64,000 nt of DNA from Psammoneis japonica (taxonomy: Eukaryota), in contig QPGO01000170.1 of the NCBI GenBank assembly GCA_008632985.1, forward strand, positions 1 through 64,000. Reading direction: 5' to 3'. Positions 25,560-37,819 of the stretch are shown here, one piece after another. The notes beneath the pieces are model-generated. The model saw nothing but the letters and a program-made list of their open reading frames with translations. It was not told the origin of the DNA and did not search any database. A program made the translations under genes and the position numbers. Positions within the stretch are counted from its first letter, which is position 1. Each line of letters begins with the position of its first letter.

Positions 25560-28500
25560 GCCATTGCGGGCGGGAACCAGACTTGGCCCAGGGCATCTCA
25601 TCATTCAGGCCCATGCGTGCAAAGGACTGTTTTTTTTCTGTCCAAGCAAGGTTGCAATCTTTCTCTGATTGGAGAATTGCCGCCAACTTTCAGAAAAAGC
25701 AGCCCAAAAATGTGCAAAAAGAGCCAACAGAGCAAAGTGGTTGTGTCTCCAAGAAAGCGCTTGGGCAACACAAACCATGCGACCTTGAACAAGAACCAAG
25801 AACCGCCGCTGCCCCCCAGCAGCATGCAGAGAACCAACACAGATGCACCCAAGGTGCAGGAACAATTTGCCCTTGCAGCGCACCCTGCAACAGGGAAAAA
25901 GGCAAGAGAGTGGTGCGCAAGTGTGGTGCGGAAGAGCGTCTGACAGAAAAGAAATGTGATGCAGCATCTCAGAAAAATGACAACATCGCTGCCCTTTTGC
26001 CTGCTGTGCTGCTGGCATGACGCGCCCCCTTGTTCAAAAAGAACCTGCCTTGAGCAGGGTGCAAGCGTTCAAGCATTTTTTCATTCTTTGCTCTCTTGCC
26101 AGCACCGCACTCTTTCCATGAAAACAAACAAAATTTGGGGCCCAACTTCAAAGCCAGCGCCTGCTGCATCATGGCCGCATTTGCTCAGTGAGCTGAGAGA
26201 ACAGGAGAAGAAAGAACTCACTCTGTGGGAAATGGCAGAGGAGGAGATGATGGAGGCAGCTCTTGTCAAAATGAGTGCCCTCAGTTCTCTTGATCATTTT
26301 ACATGTGTGTTGGCACATCTTTGCTTTTGCTCTTGTCGAAGTGGTGCAGATGTTTTGAAGCTGTCCAGCATCATTGTGGCCCGCGCAACAAGCAACTTGC
26401 AACCCAGACATTGGGGGGGCTTTGCAGCTTGTCAAAAAGTGAGCACTTGCTCTGTCCAGTCTGCAGGACAACACCAACAGTGAGAAGGCAGAGAACAGCC
26501 TCAACTCCACAGATCATGTGCACCAGCAATGATGAAAAGAAGATGGAGCTTGGCGAAAGAGTGTCCAATGCATCCACAGCTTGATGCACTCCAAGAACAG
26601 GGCAATGGCTTCCATTGGAAGCACTGCCACCACAAGAGTGTGGTGGAGCACACAAGTGTGCTTTTCCTCCAAACCTCCATGACAGTCTCCAGCACGCGGA
26701 AAAGGCCGTCATTTCTCACAAAGCTTGTGCAGGTGCTGCAAAATGTCAAGCACAATGACTTGTCAAGCTCAGTTTGAAATGCTTGTCATGCATCATAAGG
26801 AGCTGTGACCAACCATCTTTTGCATTTCCTTTTTGTTTCTCCAGCAGCCCACTTGACTGCAAGAAAGAGTTCAGAGCATGAGACCTCAAGAGAGCCGCTG
26901 GCCATGAGATTGTACAATGACACCAGCAGCACCCGGTCCATGATCAGATGCCAACTGCAGTGGCTGCACAATGTCTTGGTGGCATGGGTGGAAGGGTGAT
27001 GATGGCACACCCTCAGGGGAACACCACTGCTTTTCAGTGCCCAGTGTGGAGTGCCTTGCCAAGAGAAGCACTGGTGCCAAGAAAGGAGCTGCTGATGCAC
27101 AACCTCCTGTCAAATCTGCCATGTCATCAAAGGACATTGTAAAAAATGGTGAGTCAACCTTGGCACAAACCTCTGCGGTGATTTCTTGGGCACCTTCACA
27201 CTCTGTTGGTGGCAGCAGTGGAGCAGCAAAAACAGCAAACATGTGTGAGATTGAGTTGCATCAAAAATGACTCACAGCAAATCAAAACTGGGAAGTTGCA
27301 TCATGCTGCAGATGCCTTGTTGCAGGAATGATGGAGATGGTCCTCCCACATCAACACCGACAATGTTGCAACAGCAAACTCACCATGGTCAGCGGCACCA
27401 TCATTTTTTGCCACAAGCACACAAAAAGCCGGAGGAATTTGGTTGGCAGATGAACATTGAAAAACATTTGTGTCAAGGTGCATGCAGATCATCTTTGACT
27501 GGGTTGGCAGTGCTGTGCAGCATTGTGGAATTTGGCAGGATGTTGCACAAATGGTTGCAACTTGTGGTCATTCATGAGTGCAGACACCTGTGTCTGTTTG
27601 TCCACTGCATGCGGCTGGTGTGTGTTTGCAGAGCAACAATGAGTCAGTTTGGAAATGTCCAGCGACACACGCGCCAGTTTGTTTTGGCATTTGGTTTGGT
27701 GACAGCAGTTGCATTGCATTTGTTGTGATGGAACAGAACAGCACATCCATCATGTGATGATTGCAGAGATGCAAACAGATGGTGCCACAAACTGTGCCAG
27801 TTTTTTTTGTGTTTGTGAACCACTGTTTTTCGATGGAGTGATCCCAGGCAGTGACATGACTTCCCACGGAGGTCAGCTGGGATTTGATTTGATGATGGAC
27901 ATGTTCTGTCATCCCCTTTTGATGAACTTGAGTGCAACGTCAACCGGAACTTTTGTTGATGCCGGTGGTGGGAAAGGCCATCCTGCCATGACACACAGGG
28001 GTGGTTTGTCCCGAAGGCGAATCAGCTGGCATTGAAATTTCCCCGGAGAGGCACGAAGAAGGAAAAGCCTGGGCAGAAAGAATGTGGGGAGTGGAGGAAT
28101 CATGTCCAGTGTTTCTGTGCATGTCTTTTTTGGATGCTTCATTGAGGGAGTCTGTGTGGAAGAGAGAAGATTTAAACATGCTGTTCAACAACTTTGGAGG
28201 ACATCATCTTAACTTGGGTCTTCAAGTGATTGGGCATTTGTCATTCATGGACATGTGCCATTTGTGTGGGTTGTTGACCACATTGCCGGCTGCACTCCAA
28301 GGCATTGCATTCATCAGGGAGAACAGGAAATTTGGTCCTGGCAAATTTTTTGATGAATGTGGTGGTGCCATGGTGGGCAGGAATGGAAAGGATGAGAGCA
28401 CCAAGTTGCAGTTCAAACAATTGATGCGTTTGCTGTGTGAAGGTGCAAGGCCATGTCCTTCAAAGTCATTGGCTAAAAACTGTTGTTGCATCAAGGAAAG

Positions 28501-31500
28501 GGACCGCATCATGTGCGACCACATTGCGCTCCATGACAGAAGAATGCAATGCATCCAAGAACAGGAGGCATGTTTTGCAAACACACACAAATGGGAATTG
28601 GAGAGAGCTCAGCAACGTGGTGGTGACACCATTGTTCAAGCAGGATTCTGAGCCAGTGATCCATTTTTGTTGGAGGAAAGGAAATGCACCAAAAGAATCT
28701 CTGTGGGTGCGTCATCTGGAAGTGCATCACTGGCCACATGGAATGACGTGCCACAATGGCAACATGTGGTTGTTTTTATGTTGCCGCAGAATGTTGTTGC
28801 ACGGTCATGGCAAAGCGCAGATTCACAGTGTTCAACAGCGACGCCAATTGCACTGGCAGTTGCCATCGGCAGAATGCCAAAACAGATGACAACATCAAGG
28901 CACAGGAGGCTTTGGAGTGGGCACCCCAGCGGGGACCCCACACCATTCCAAAGCTTGCTCAGCATGCAATGTCAGTGTTGTGCATGTGTGCAAAAAGCCT
29001 GAGTGGACACCGGGGGGTTTTCATGTTTTTGACTTGAGCAACTTAAGACGACATGCATGTGACGTACAAACATTGTGAGCAATTGCACCTCTGATTTGTG
29101 TTTGGCTGGTGTTTGCTTTTTGTTGCTTGAGTCAATGTCAATCACTTCAGGCTGGCAACCCAGCATCATCCTTGCATTTTTGGGGTGTGGTGGTTTGAAG
29201 AAATGCTTTGCCAGATTGGGGTTTTCTTGGGTTCACTTTGGACTTACATTGGCGCAGCTTTTTCAAACAATCTGAACCAAATGAGATGGCATGATGAAAT
29301 CACCAATCAATCTCATGCTGCCTGAGGTGCCAGTTCTGTCAAAGTCTGGTGGCACAGTGTGCCTTTTTTGTTCTTGTTCTCATCAAAGATTTCCCTTGCT
29401 CTTGAGCCAATCACAGGTGGTTTTTTTTCATTGTGTTTGTTTGGAACAGTTGGGACAGTCAAGCACATGGTTTTTCTCATTTGAGGGCTGGTGTGCTCAA
29501 CCCAACAAAGCATGACCTGTTTGTGTGTCAATTTGCCCCGTTTGTTTGGCGGACTTGTTTTCAGAGTCTTGATGCTGTGGCAGATGTGATGAATCCCATT
29601 CTAAAAAATCTTTCTTTCCTTGCAATGATCATTGCTGCGAATGGCTCAATGAAGCTGTTGGCCCCACTGGCTGTCTCTGTGAAGTGCGCCCAGATGCTGG
29701 CATGCAGCGCTTCAGCATGAATTTCATCACCTCCACTGGATGATCAAAAGGGGACAAGCTCTGAAAAAATTTTCCATTTGGAAGGTGACGCAGGCAGATT
29801 GGTGTTGAATGCTGCGCATTGGCATTGCAGTGCTGTTGGGTTTTGGGGCTGGCGCTCAGTGGGTGGTGGTGAGATTGCAGCGGGCGAATCTTTGCATTGC
29901 TTGGGTTCATCCGGGGTTTGCTTGGTGATGCACCTTGTTCAGTGTTGGCATCCACTCTGCCTTTTTTGTTCTTTTCTGAAAATTTTGATGCAGTGATGAA
30001 CGAATTGTGAATGCATCGAAGCACCCACCTTTCTGGGATGAGATTTGATGCAACAACAACAAAACCATTTTTTTGTCTGGGATCGGGTCAAATGCATTTT
30101 GCAGACATTTGAAAGTGACAAGGACAAATGCAACAATCAATTTTGAGGTTTTTGGACAATGTTGAGGAGGCACATTGACGTTTTTTGATGTTTGGGCAAC
30201 AAAGCCACAAGTTCACCTTGCATCATTTTCCCCTCTGAGTGAGGTGCATGCATGCCTTGCCTCTGGCTGGCAGCAACAAATTGGCACAAAACCAAGTTGC
30301 TTGTTTTGTGCAACACCCAAGTTGTTTGCGGCACTGACGCCAAGTTTCATGGCTCTTGTTGCAGCTTGGTGTTGTCAATGGAGCACTTTGACAACATTGG
30401 TTTTATTGTCATTGCCTGCAAGGTTAACAAAAGGTCAAGTTGTTTTCTCACAACGTGTTGTTGCCATGGATGTCGACGTTCAAGCCCCAGCAGAGACCCA
30501 TGTCAGCACTTGTTGACGCAATGATGACACTGGAATTGTCAAAGAGTGACAGAATGCATGGAGCCGGCTGCAAGAGAACCACAGTTGGAAAACACGGTTG
30601 TTGTTGCTCTTTTGCTGAACATCAAACATTGTGCAAAAAAGCAGCAGGAATGGAGCACCAGAACATCAGCTTTGTTCAGGCATGGATGTCGGTTGGCGCC
30701 AAATGTCAGAAGTTGTCATTGGCCTCACATTGTGACTGAACATTTCTTTTTGTGGACTTGGCCAATCCAAGATTTGCTTTCAACACAGCCATGCAAACCC
30801 AATGTTGTCCATCCATGGAACAGGAGTTGGGTCTTTGTTTTTCATCCCCAAGCCACCAAAAGCAGACCAACCCAAAAACAGAAGTGCAGTCAATGTCGAA
30901 CAAACTCACCACAAGTTGACACCTGCAAAGAGTTGGACATCATTGCATGACATGGAGGCTTGCCTTCCTTCTCATGCATTTAATGAGACTTCTTTGATGA
31001 AATCATTTTGCACGCACAGCCAAAACATCAACATCGGCAAGTTCAAAGTTGATGCAGAAAAGGTGTGCTGTGCGGGTTTGTTTTGTGACCAGTCCAAAAC
31101 TGCAAGCAAGGCCACCAATTGTGGGAGCAAACATGAGATGAAGGCCTTCGCGCTTGCATTCCAAGTTTCTTGATTGAGCTGAATGAAATTCAAAAGTGTC
31201 TGCACAAAGAAGGCTTCGCTGATGTGGACACGCAATTGCGCCACATTGCCGAGCATTTGTTTGTGAGTTGCAACCAGTTCACAGCACACAGCCAGGGTGA
31301 GACATTGCTGGATTGGAGGTTTGAACTTTGCACCAATGTGAGAAACCTTGTTGCGTGCATGAGCCACAATGGTAGTTGCACGGTTGCTGGTTGGCACAAG
31401 AGAGGTGAAACACAGGACATTTCCAGCATTGAAGGAGTGCGAGTGGAAGCCGCCAAGGCAAAAATCAATGTGTGCCTTCTGTTGCTGACTGGGCACACTT

Positions 31501-34500
31501 TAAGAAGTGGGACAGACCATGCACCTTGCGTTAAATGCTGTTAAAATCCCAACCCAAGCACCTGCTGCAGACCCAGCTGTGGGAGATGACAGTGCAAATG
31601 TGCAGCCCGGCAACAACCAGAATGTTTCAAGCAAACAAAGCAAGTTAAAGTGGCACTTTAAAGTGACAAATTTGTTGCTTCTTCTGTGTCATTGTGGAGT
31701 TGCTGCAGTGTGTCAAAACATCCTTGTAAAATCCAATGTTGGTGTGAGAGTCCAGCTGGCCATGCAAATTTGCTTGCCAAGAACAAGTTTCAATTTGGTG
31801 CGTGTGCTGTGCAAGCCGGGACGGGAATGTTGGTTTTCACAGTTGCATGTTTCAAAGCCTCAGTTCAGAAAGAAAACAGTTTAGCCAATCAGATTTCCAA
31901 ACTGTGCTTTAGGACATTTCACAATGAGGTGCCAATTTTGTCACATGATGACTGCCGGCATGTGTGAAGAACAGCAAACTGGCCTGCCAGAAGTGTGGCC
32001 ATGTCCAAAGTCATCTGTTTTCTACGTTTTGTGACTGGCCACCAGAGTTGTGACCGACGATGTCTCACATGACAAAACGACATTGCCCAACTCATCCAAC
32101 TTGTCTCATGTTGATCTGTTGTCATGCGGGCCACGTTTTTTTGACAAAAATGTTGTCCTGTGTTGTCAACAAATGTTTTGGCTGACGTCACAATTGTGCC
32201 TTGTTTCGGTGCCACCACCAGAATTAAGACAATCAACTGTGTCTCACAGAGCCATGACAAAATGACATTGCCAAATTTGTCTAATTTTCTCATGTTGATC
32301 CAGAATTTGAAATGATCAATTGCGTCACATGACAAAATGACATTGCCAAATTTGTCCAATTTGTCTCATGTTGATCTGTTGTCAAACGGACCACATTTCT
32401 GCAGGGCACCCTGCCACACACCGAGGTTCCTTGTTTTGTGACCGCCGCCAGAGTTTCAACTGATGAATCCTGCCATGCACCAGCTGGCACCATGCCAAAA
32501 CAACCATGAAAAGCACCTCATCGCTGCATTGAAACACTTGAAAAACAGAGACTCTCTCAACCCACATGCACCATGTCCTTTTGCATGAGAACGATTGACC
32601 AGTGCACAGCGGCGATCTTCTCATTGTCGAACAATGGGCAGCGCATGTCGAGTGCAAAGTCGGAGGTGCAATTTTGTGATGGCTCAAAATGAACACTGCC
32701 ATGTCACACATTTGATTCTTTGGAACAAAGCGAAAACCAAAGCTTTTGCAAAAACACCCAGAGACACAACCCTGCAAGGACTGTTCTCAACATTGCACTT
32801 TAAGAGTTCTTCCAAAGTCCATCAGATCATCTGCCATGGTGTGAAGTTTTGATCGAGGGAGCACAAAAAATTCTGTTGAGCCAGTTTTTTTAAATCACGA
32901 AAAACCGCTTGGCGACAGGTGCAAAAAATTTTGTTCTGAAGGCAAAAAAGTGTGCAATGGTGCTCTGGAGGTCACCCCTGAGCAGGAGGGTTCTCGCGTC
33001 AGTTGCTTTGGGTGTGCAGTGCTTGGCCAATTGCATGAAATGGCTTGAATTGTCTGTGCAGGCCGACACAGGGCTTGCACGCTCGCAATGCAGATGTTTG
33101 GATTTTGCAGGCACATTTCAGTCTCTTTGGGATTTCTGAGAACCCCCCTGCACTGCAACAACTCTGCGCACTGTCAAGCCATTTTGCCACTCAGAGAACC
33201 TAAATCTTGCCACACAAACACCATGGTTCAATGACGCTGCTCACCTGGCAGGCCGTTGTGACTGTGCTCTCCCTCTTCCTTGGAAAACAGGGGCATGTGC
33301 CATTGATGCAAGTTCTGTGTGAGAACAGTGTGCCGCTGGTTTCAGTGGGGGGATCAATCTTTTTTGCAAAATGTTGAGTTGGTGAGATTCAGCGAGACGA
33401 GTGATGACAGCGGATCTTGTGAGAGTGTTTGTGCCAAATTTCTCATTTGTTGTTTGTCTCCTCCTGCAGGCAACTCACGGATCGCTCAACATTGTGTGAG
33501 AACATGCTGCAGATGCATCCACGTCATGAACTGTGATGATTTCATTGTGGACAATTGTTGCATCTCCCATGGCAAGATGCAACTCAAGCTTCGGTGTGGG
33601 CCTCGTGCAGCTGTTGGGGCATTGAACACTGGACGACAAGTGCAGGCTCTCAATGATTGTAGATGACAAAGTTTGTTTTGGGATTGGCAGGGCTTGCCAT
33701 GATGTGATTGGAGTGCCTTGATCTGGGCGACAATTCCATGGTTGGTGGCATCCATGACAAGCTCTGTGGATTGACCACATTGGCCGCGTTTGATGTGTGC
33801 TGCAATCAGTTCATCATGGGCCACAATGATGTTGTGTTTCCACTCCAACGTGAGTCACATTGAAGTGAAATTGAGCATTGTCATCACATCCTGCTCTCAA
33901 AAACACTGTGCATTTGCCGTCAGCCCCTTTGTTGATGAATGCATCCAAGATGCTGGATGTGCTGTCCATCAAAGGACGGCGAGTCTCGCGGTTGTAGAGT
34001 CTAGGCTCTTCTTGCTTTGTGGTCTCAGATGTGCTGTTTGTCCACCCTCCTTGTGTTGTGACAACAGGGTGACAAGTTCCTGGGGACAATGCACCAAAGG
34101 CACAACATGACTCTTTTGTGATTGCACCCCAATGGCAATTTAGGTCCATCTCCATTGTGCTCAGGTTTGGCAGCAACTTTTTTATTGCATGTGAACAGAG
34201 ATGGTTTTGTGTGAACTGCAGTGTCCTTTCAGGGTCACCACAGCTGTTTGTTTCCACATGACAAGCAACCTTCTTGAGACAAGCATTCTGCAAAACACCA
34301 ATGAACTCCACAAGCTCTTCCATGATGGGGGGCTCCACATTTTGCCCAGAGGAAAGATGTTTTGAACATGTTGTGCCAATGCAGACACTGACCACAGTTG
34401 TGGGTCACTGTCAACATGTGCCAACCATTGCTGGAATGCTTGTGCGGGCAAAGGAAAAATGACGTGAGTTCCGAGAACATCGCCCACAGGATTTTTTTCA

Positions 34501-37200
34501 CTTGCTTGGTTCCACGAATTGTCGCTTGTCATGATGGCAAAAGTCAGGGTCGCTCGGAAGTGTAATCAGCTTGCAGTGCACAGCCAATTCAGCCCCATGC
34601 TGGGATCCAAATTTTGCAATGGTTTTGACATGATCGTGCAACACACCAGCCCAAACCAAGTGAGAAGCACAAAGATCACCACAAATGCATGTGATTGTCT
34701 TGATCCACACATCCCTGTGTCCTCCTTGGCTGGTGCTTGTGTTGCGATGCATGTCCTTCTGTAGATTGCGCAGATGCGGTGAACCGTGTCATGATTGAGA
34801 GCCAAAACAAGGGCCGCCACTGCAATGGGGTGGCGTTGCTTGGCAATGCACCCGTCAAAGTGTGGGCCGCCAACTGCCTTTTGATTTGCTCTTTGTCAGG
34901 CTGGCGCTGATTCTTGTGGCTCTCATTCTTTGGCAGCATGGTTGTCTTGTGAAAGATGAGGGAGCAGTGGCTTCAAGTGGTGCTGCTCTGTTGTTGGCCG
35001 AGTTGGCGGCAGCTTGCGAAGACAATGAAATGGTTTGACGGTGTGCAGAGTTGTCGCGGTGTGCTGCAGGGGCATCAACACAAATCCATTTCCAGGTTGT
35101 TTCACACATGTTGTTGTCCAACTCCTTTTTTGCCGCAGGATTTGCCCCTCGGCGTAATTCACACAGCCAAATGTTTGCGCAGAGGCCCCTGATCAGGGGT
35201 CAAAAAAAGGCCTTGTTTTTTACGGAATGAAGGATTCTCGTTTCCTGTGTGTGACGCATGTCGCAGCACAGGCCGGACTGTTGAGTTGTGCAGTGATGCC
35301 TGGGACAGTGCCTTCACAATCATGCGCCAACCATGAACAATTGCCGTCACATTTTCCTCGTTTTGATGCTGGAGCAGTTCAGTGGGTCTTTTCAGTTTCA
35401 ATCCACACAATTTAGAAGCCGTTTGAGAGTGATGACAGCCTCCAAGCATCAGACAAGTGCGCATGCAGCAGTTGAGGTTCTGAATGATGCAGCAGTCAAT
35501 GCAATGAGGGTTGAAGCAACCCCAGAGGACATGAGTCAGAAGTGTGACAATCACAGAGCTCGTTCCAAGAAAGGACATCGAGAACAAGGAGGTTACGAGC
35601 ATTTGAGAGCAGCTGAGAAAACAACATCAGAAAGAAGTGCAAGCACGTCAGAAAATTGTCAAGACGAGTGTCAACAGCAAGACGATTGTCATGACGACAT
35701 TTTAGATTCGATTGCAGAGCACTTTTGCAGAGCGCCTGCACAGTTGGATGGAGGAAAAAGTGGTGACAAGATTCACAACAACAAAAGTTCACGAGCTCAA
35801 AGAGCAGAAGGTGGTCACCGGGCCAATGTCAAGCCACCACCAGGATGGGGCAAAACGCCACTCGCACTCAAGTCGATCAAAAACTTTGCCATGGATGGAA
35901 TGGGTCCAAGTGGAGAAATGCTTCAATCGGCCGCGTGTGTCACACCAACTTTGAAACTCGTGGATCAAGTCCTGGATGACCTGGATGAGTTTGGGGCACT
36001 TGATCACGTGCCTCATTCGCGATTGATTGTGGTGAGCCAGACCAATCGCGCCGAGGGTTGCACAACATCTTCTGACGAGATTGTGGCATTTCTGTCCTCA
36101 AAAAATGATGGCTTGTCCTTCATTGGCTGCACTCACAATTCATTGCCCAAGGTTGGAGAGGCGCCATCGAAGCTGGGTGTCACCATTGGGTTTGCCGCAT
36201 TTGATGAGGTGCACGAGATGGAAGGGATTGGCAAACTGTCTGGATGTGGTCTCCATGACTCATTGATCCCAGTTGATTGTCGCTCATTTCTAACTGCCAC
36301 TCCACATCGACACACGGGCACTCCACAACAGGCTGACATTGTCGGTGGCAAGCTTTGTAAGGATGGCTCGTGAACGCTCATTCCCAACAAAAGCTCAGAG
36401 CACAAAAAGGCTGCTGGTGTCCGCAGTTTTAACAATGCGACCCTGTTTGGACCATGCCTCCCGAAAAAGATGCTGAGTGATGCCGCGAACCAAAACATCA
36501 CCGCTCCAATCACACTTTGTGCGCTGGATGCCGACAAAATTGATGCCGTTCTTGCTGATCCGGTCCTTGATGATTCCATCCCACCAGCACTCTCAAAGGA
36601 CCACCCACTCCCATTTGCAATTCAAGTGGCTTTTCACAAACTCAATGTGAGCAGCGCCGTGTCGCTCCATTCCATGAACTGCCGTGCTCGTGCTTTTGTG
36701 AGTGACGCAGCACCAGTTCTCGAGAAGGACAACATCACCGCATTTGCGGTCAGTGGCAGCTCGGACATGTCACCTGCCAAGCGGGAAGAAATCTTGTCAA
36801 GAGCAAAACGAGCAACCAAGTCGATTGTTGCCAGTTGCAGAGCATTGGCGACCGGCGTGGACGAGGCAGATTGGGAGTTGGCAGTGATGGCAGATCCAGT
36901 CCGAAGTGCCATTGACAAGTGCCAAATGATTGGACGTGTTGGCCGAAAGGCTCCTGGCAAAGAGCGTGGATGCATTTTGGTGCCCTCGCCAACAACTGGT
37001 GATGCTGAATTCATGGAAGATGAAGGTGGCTGTGAATCTTTCACGTTGGCATTCAATGCAATGATGGGATTGGATCCCGAATTGCGGGAGGATGTTGGGT
37101 GCATTTTGGTGCCCTCGCCTGTAACTGGTGATGCTGAATTTATGGAAGATGAAGGTGGCTGTGAATCTTTCACACTGGCATTCGATGCAATGGTCGGACT
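25560..37200. other. Large TpA-depleted block of nested degenerate repeats and gene relics
   Basis: About 11.6 kb with very few TA; TG/CA excess; dense Tyr-free spurious ORFs. Confidence 0.88.
32066..32385 (+). repeat. Three degenerate copies of an approximately 55-bp unit
   Basis: CATGACAAAA(C/T)GACATTGCC...CTCATGTTGATC at about 32068, 32253 and 32328. Confidence 0.85.
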
Positions 37201-37220
37201 AGATCCCGAATTGCAGGAGG

Positions 37221-37660
37221 GCACACTGAATTAATCTCACGCATTGGGCGGTGCCCCTGACCCCACTTTCACCCCAGATTGTCAAAATGTGTAAAACACC
37301 CCTGTTTTGTAAAACGCCATAGCAACAAGCAGCGGCTTGGGTCGTCATGGTGCTTTCGACAGTCGAGTCGAGCAGTTTTTGCTGTTTGCGCATTCAAATC
37401 GCGCGCACTGACAGTGAATGTTTACTTCCGGGTTCCTTCTGGTTTTGTTTCGACAGCCAAACATGACCGACGACTGACCGACGAATGCTCGAAAAAGCCT
37501 GCTACGTAGGATCCTACGTAAGATATAGGGTAATGAGCCAAAATGTGTGTTTTACACGACGAAGCACGTGTTTTACAGAATAACACGTGATTTTACGATT
37601 CCCCCCCTCCCCCCCCTTTCACCGCGAAGGTTGCGCCCAATACGTGCTGTCGTGTTTGTA
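37221..37660. mobile_element. Insertion interrupting the helicase gene, with subterminal 13-bp inverted repeat
   Basis: Coding frame resumes at 37663 (VIDESARLG...); CACGCATTGGGCG at 37238-37250 vs CGCCCAATACGTG at 37634-37646 (12/13). Confidence 0.45.
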
Positions 37661-37819
37661 CTGTAATTGACGAGAGCGCCAGACTCGGAAGGCCTTCGCA
37701 TGACGTAGAATTCCCTTCTCGAGTGCTTGGATCATTCATGCTTCCAGATTCGCTGCCCCTTGAAATGAAGAATGACATCATGAATCGAGCAATCACAGAA
37801 TGTGAGAACCGTGCAAGCG

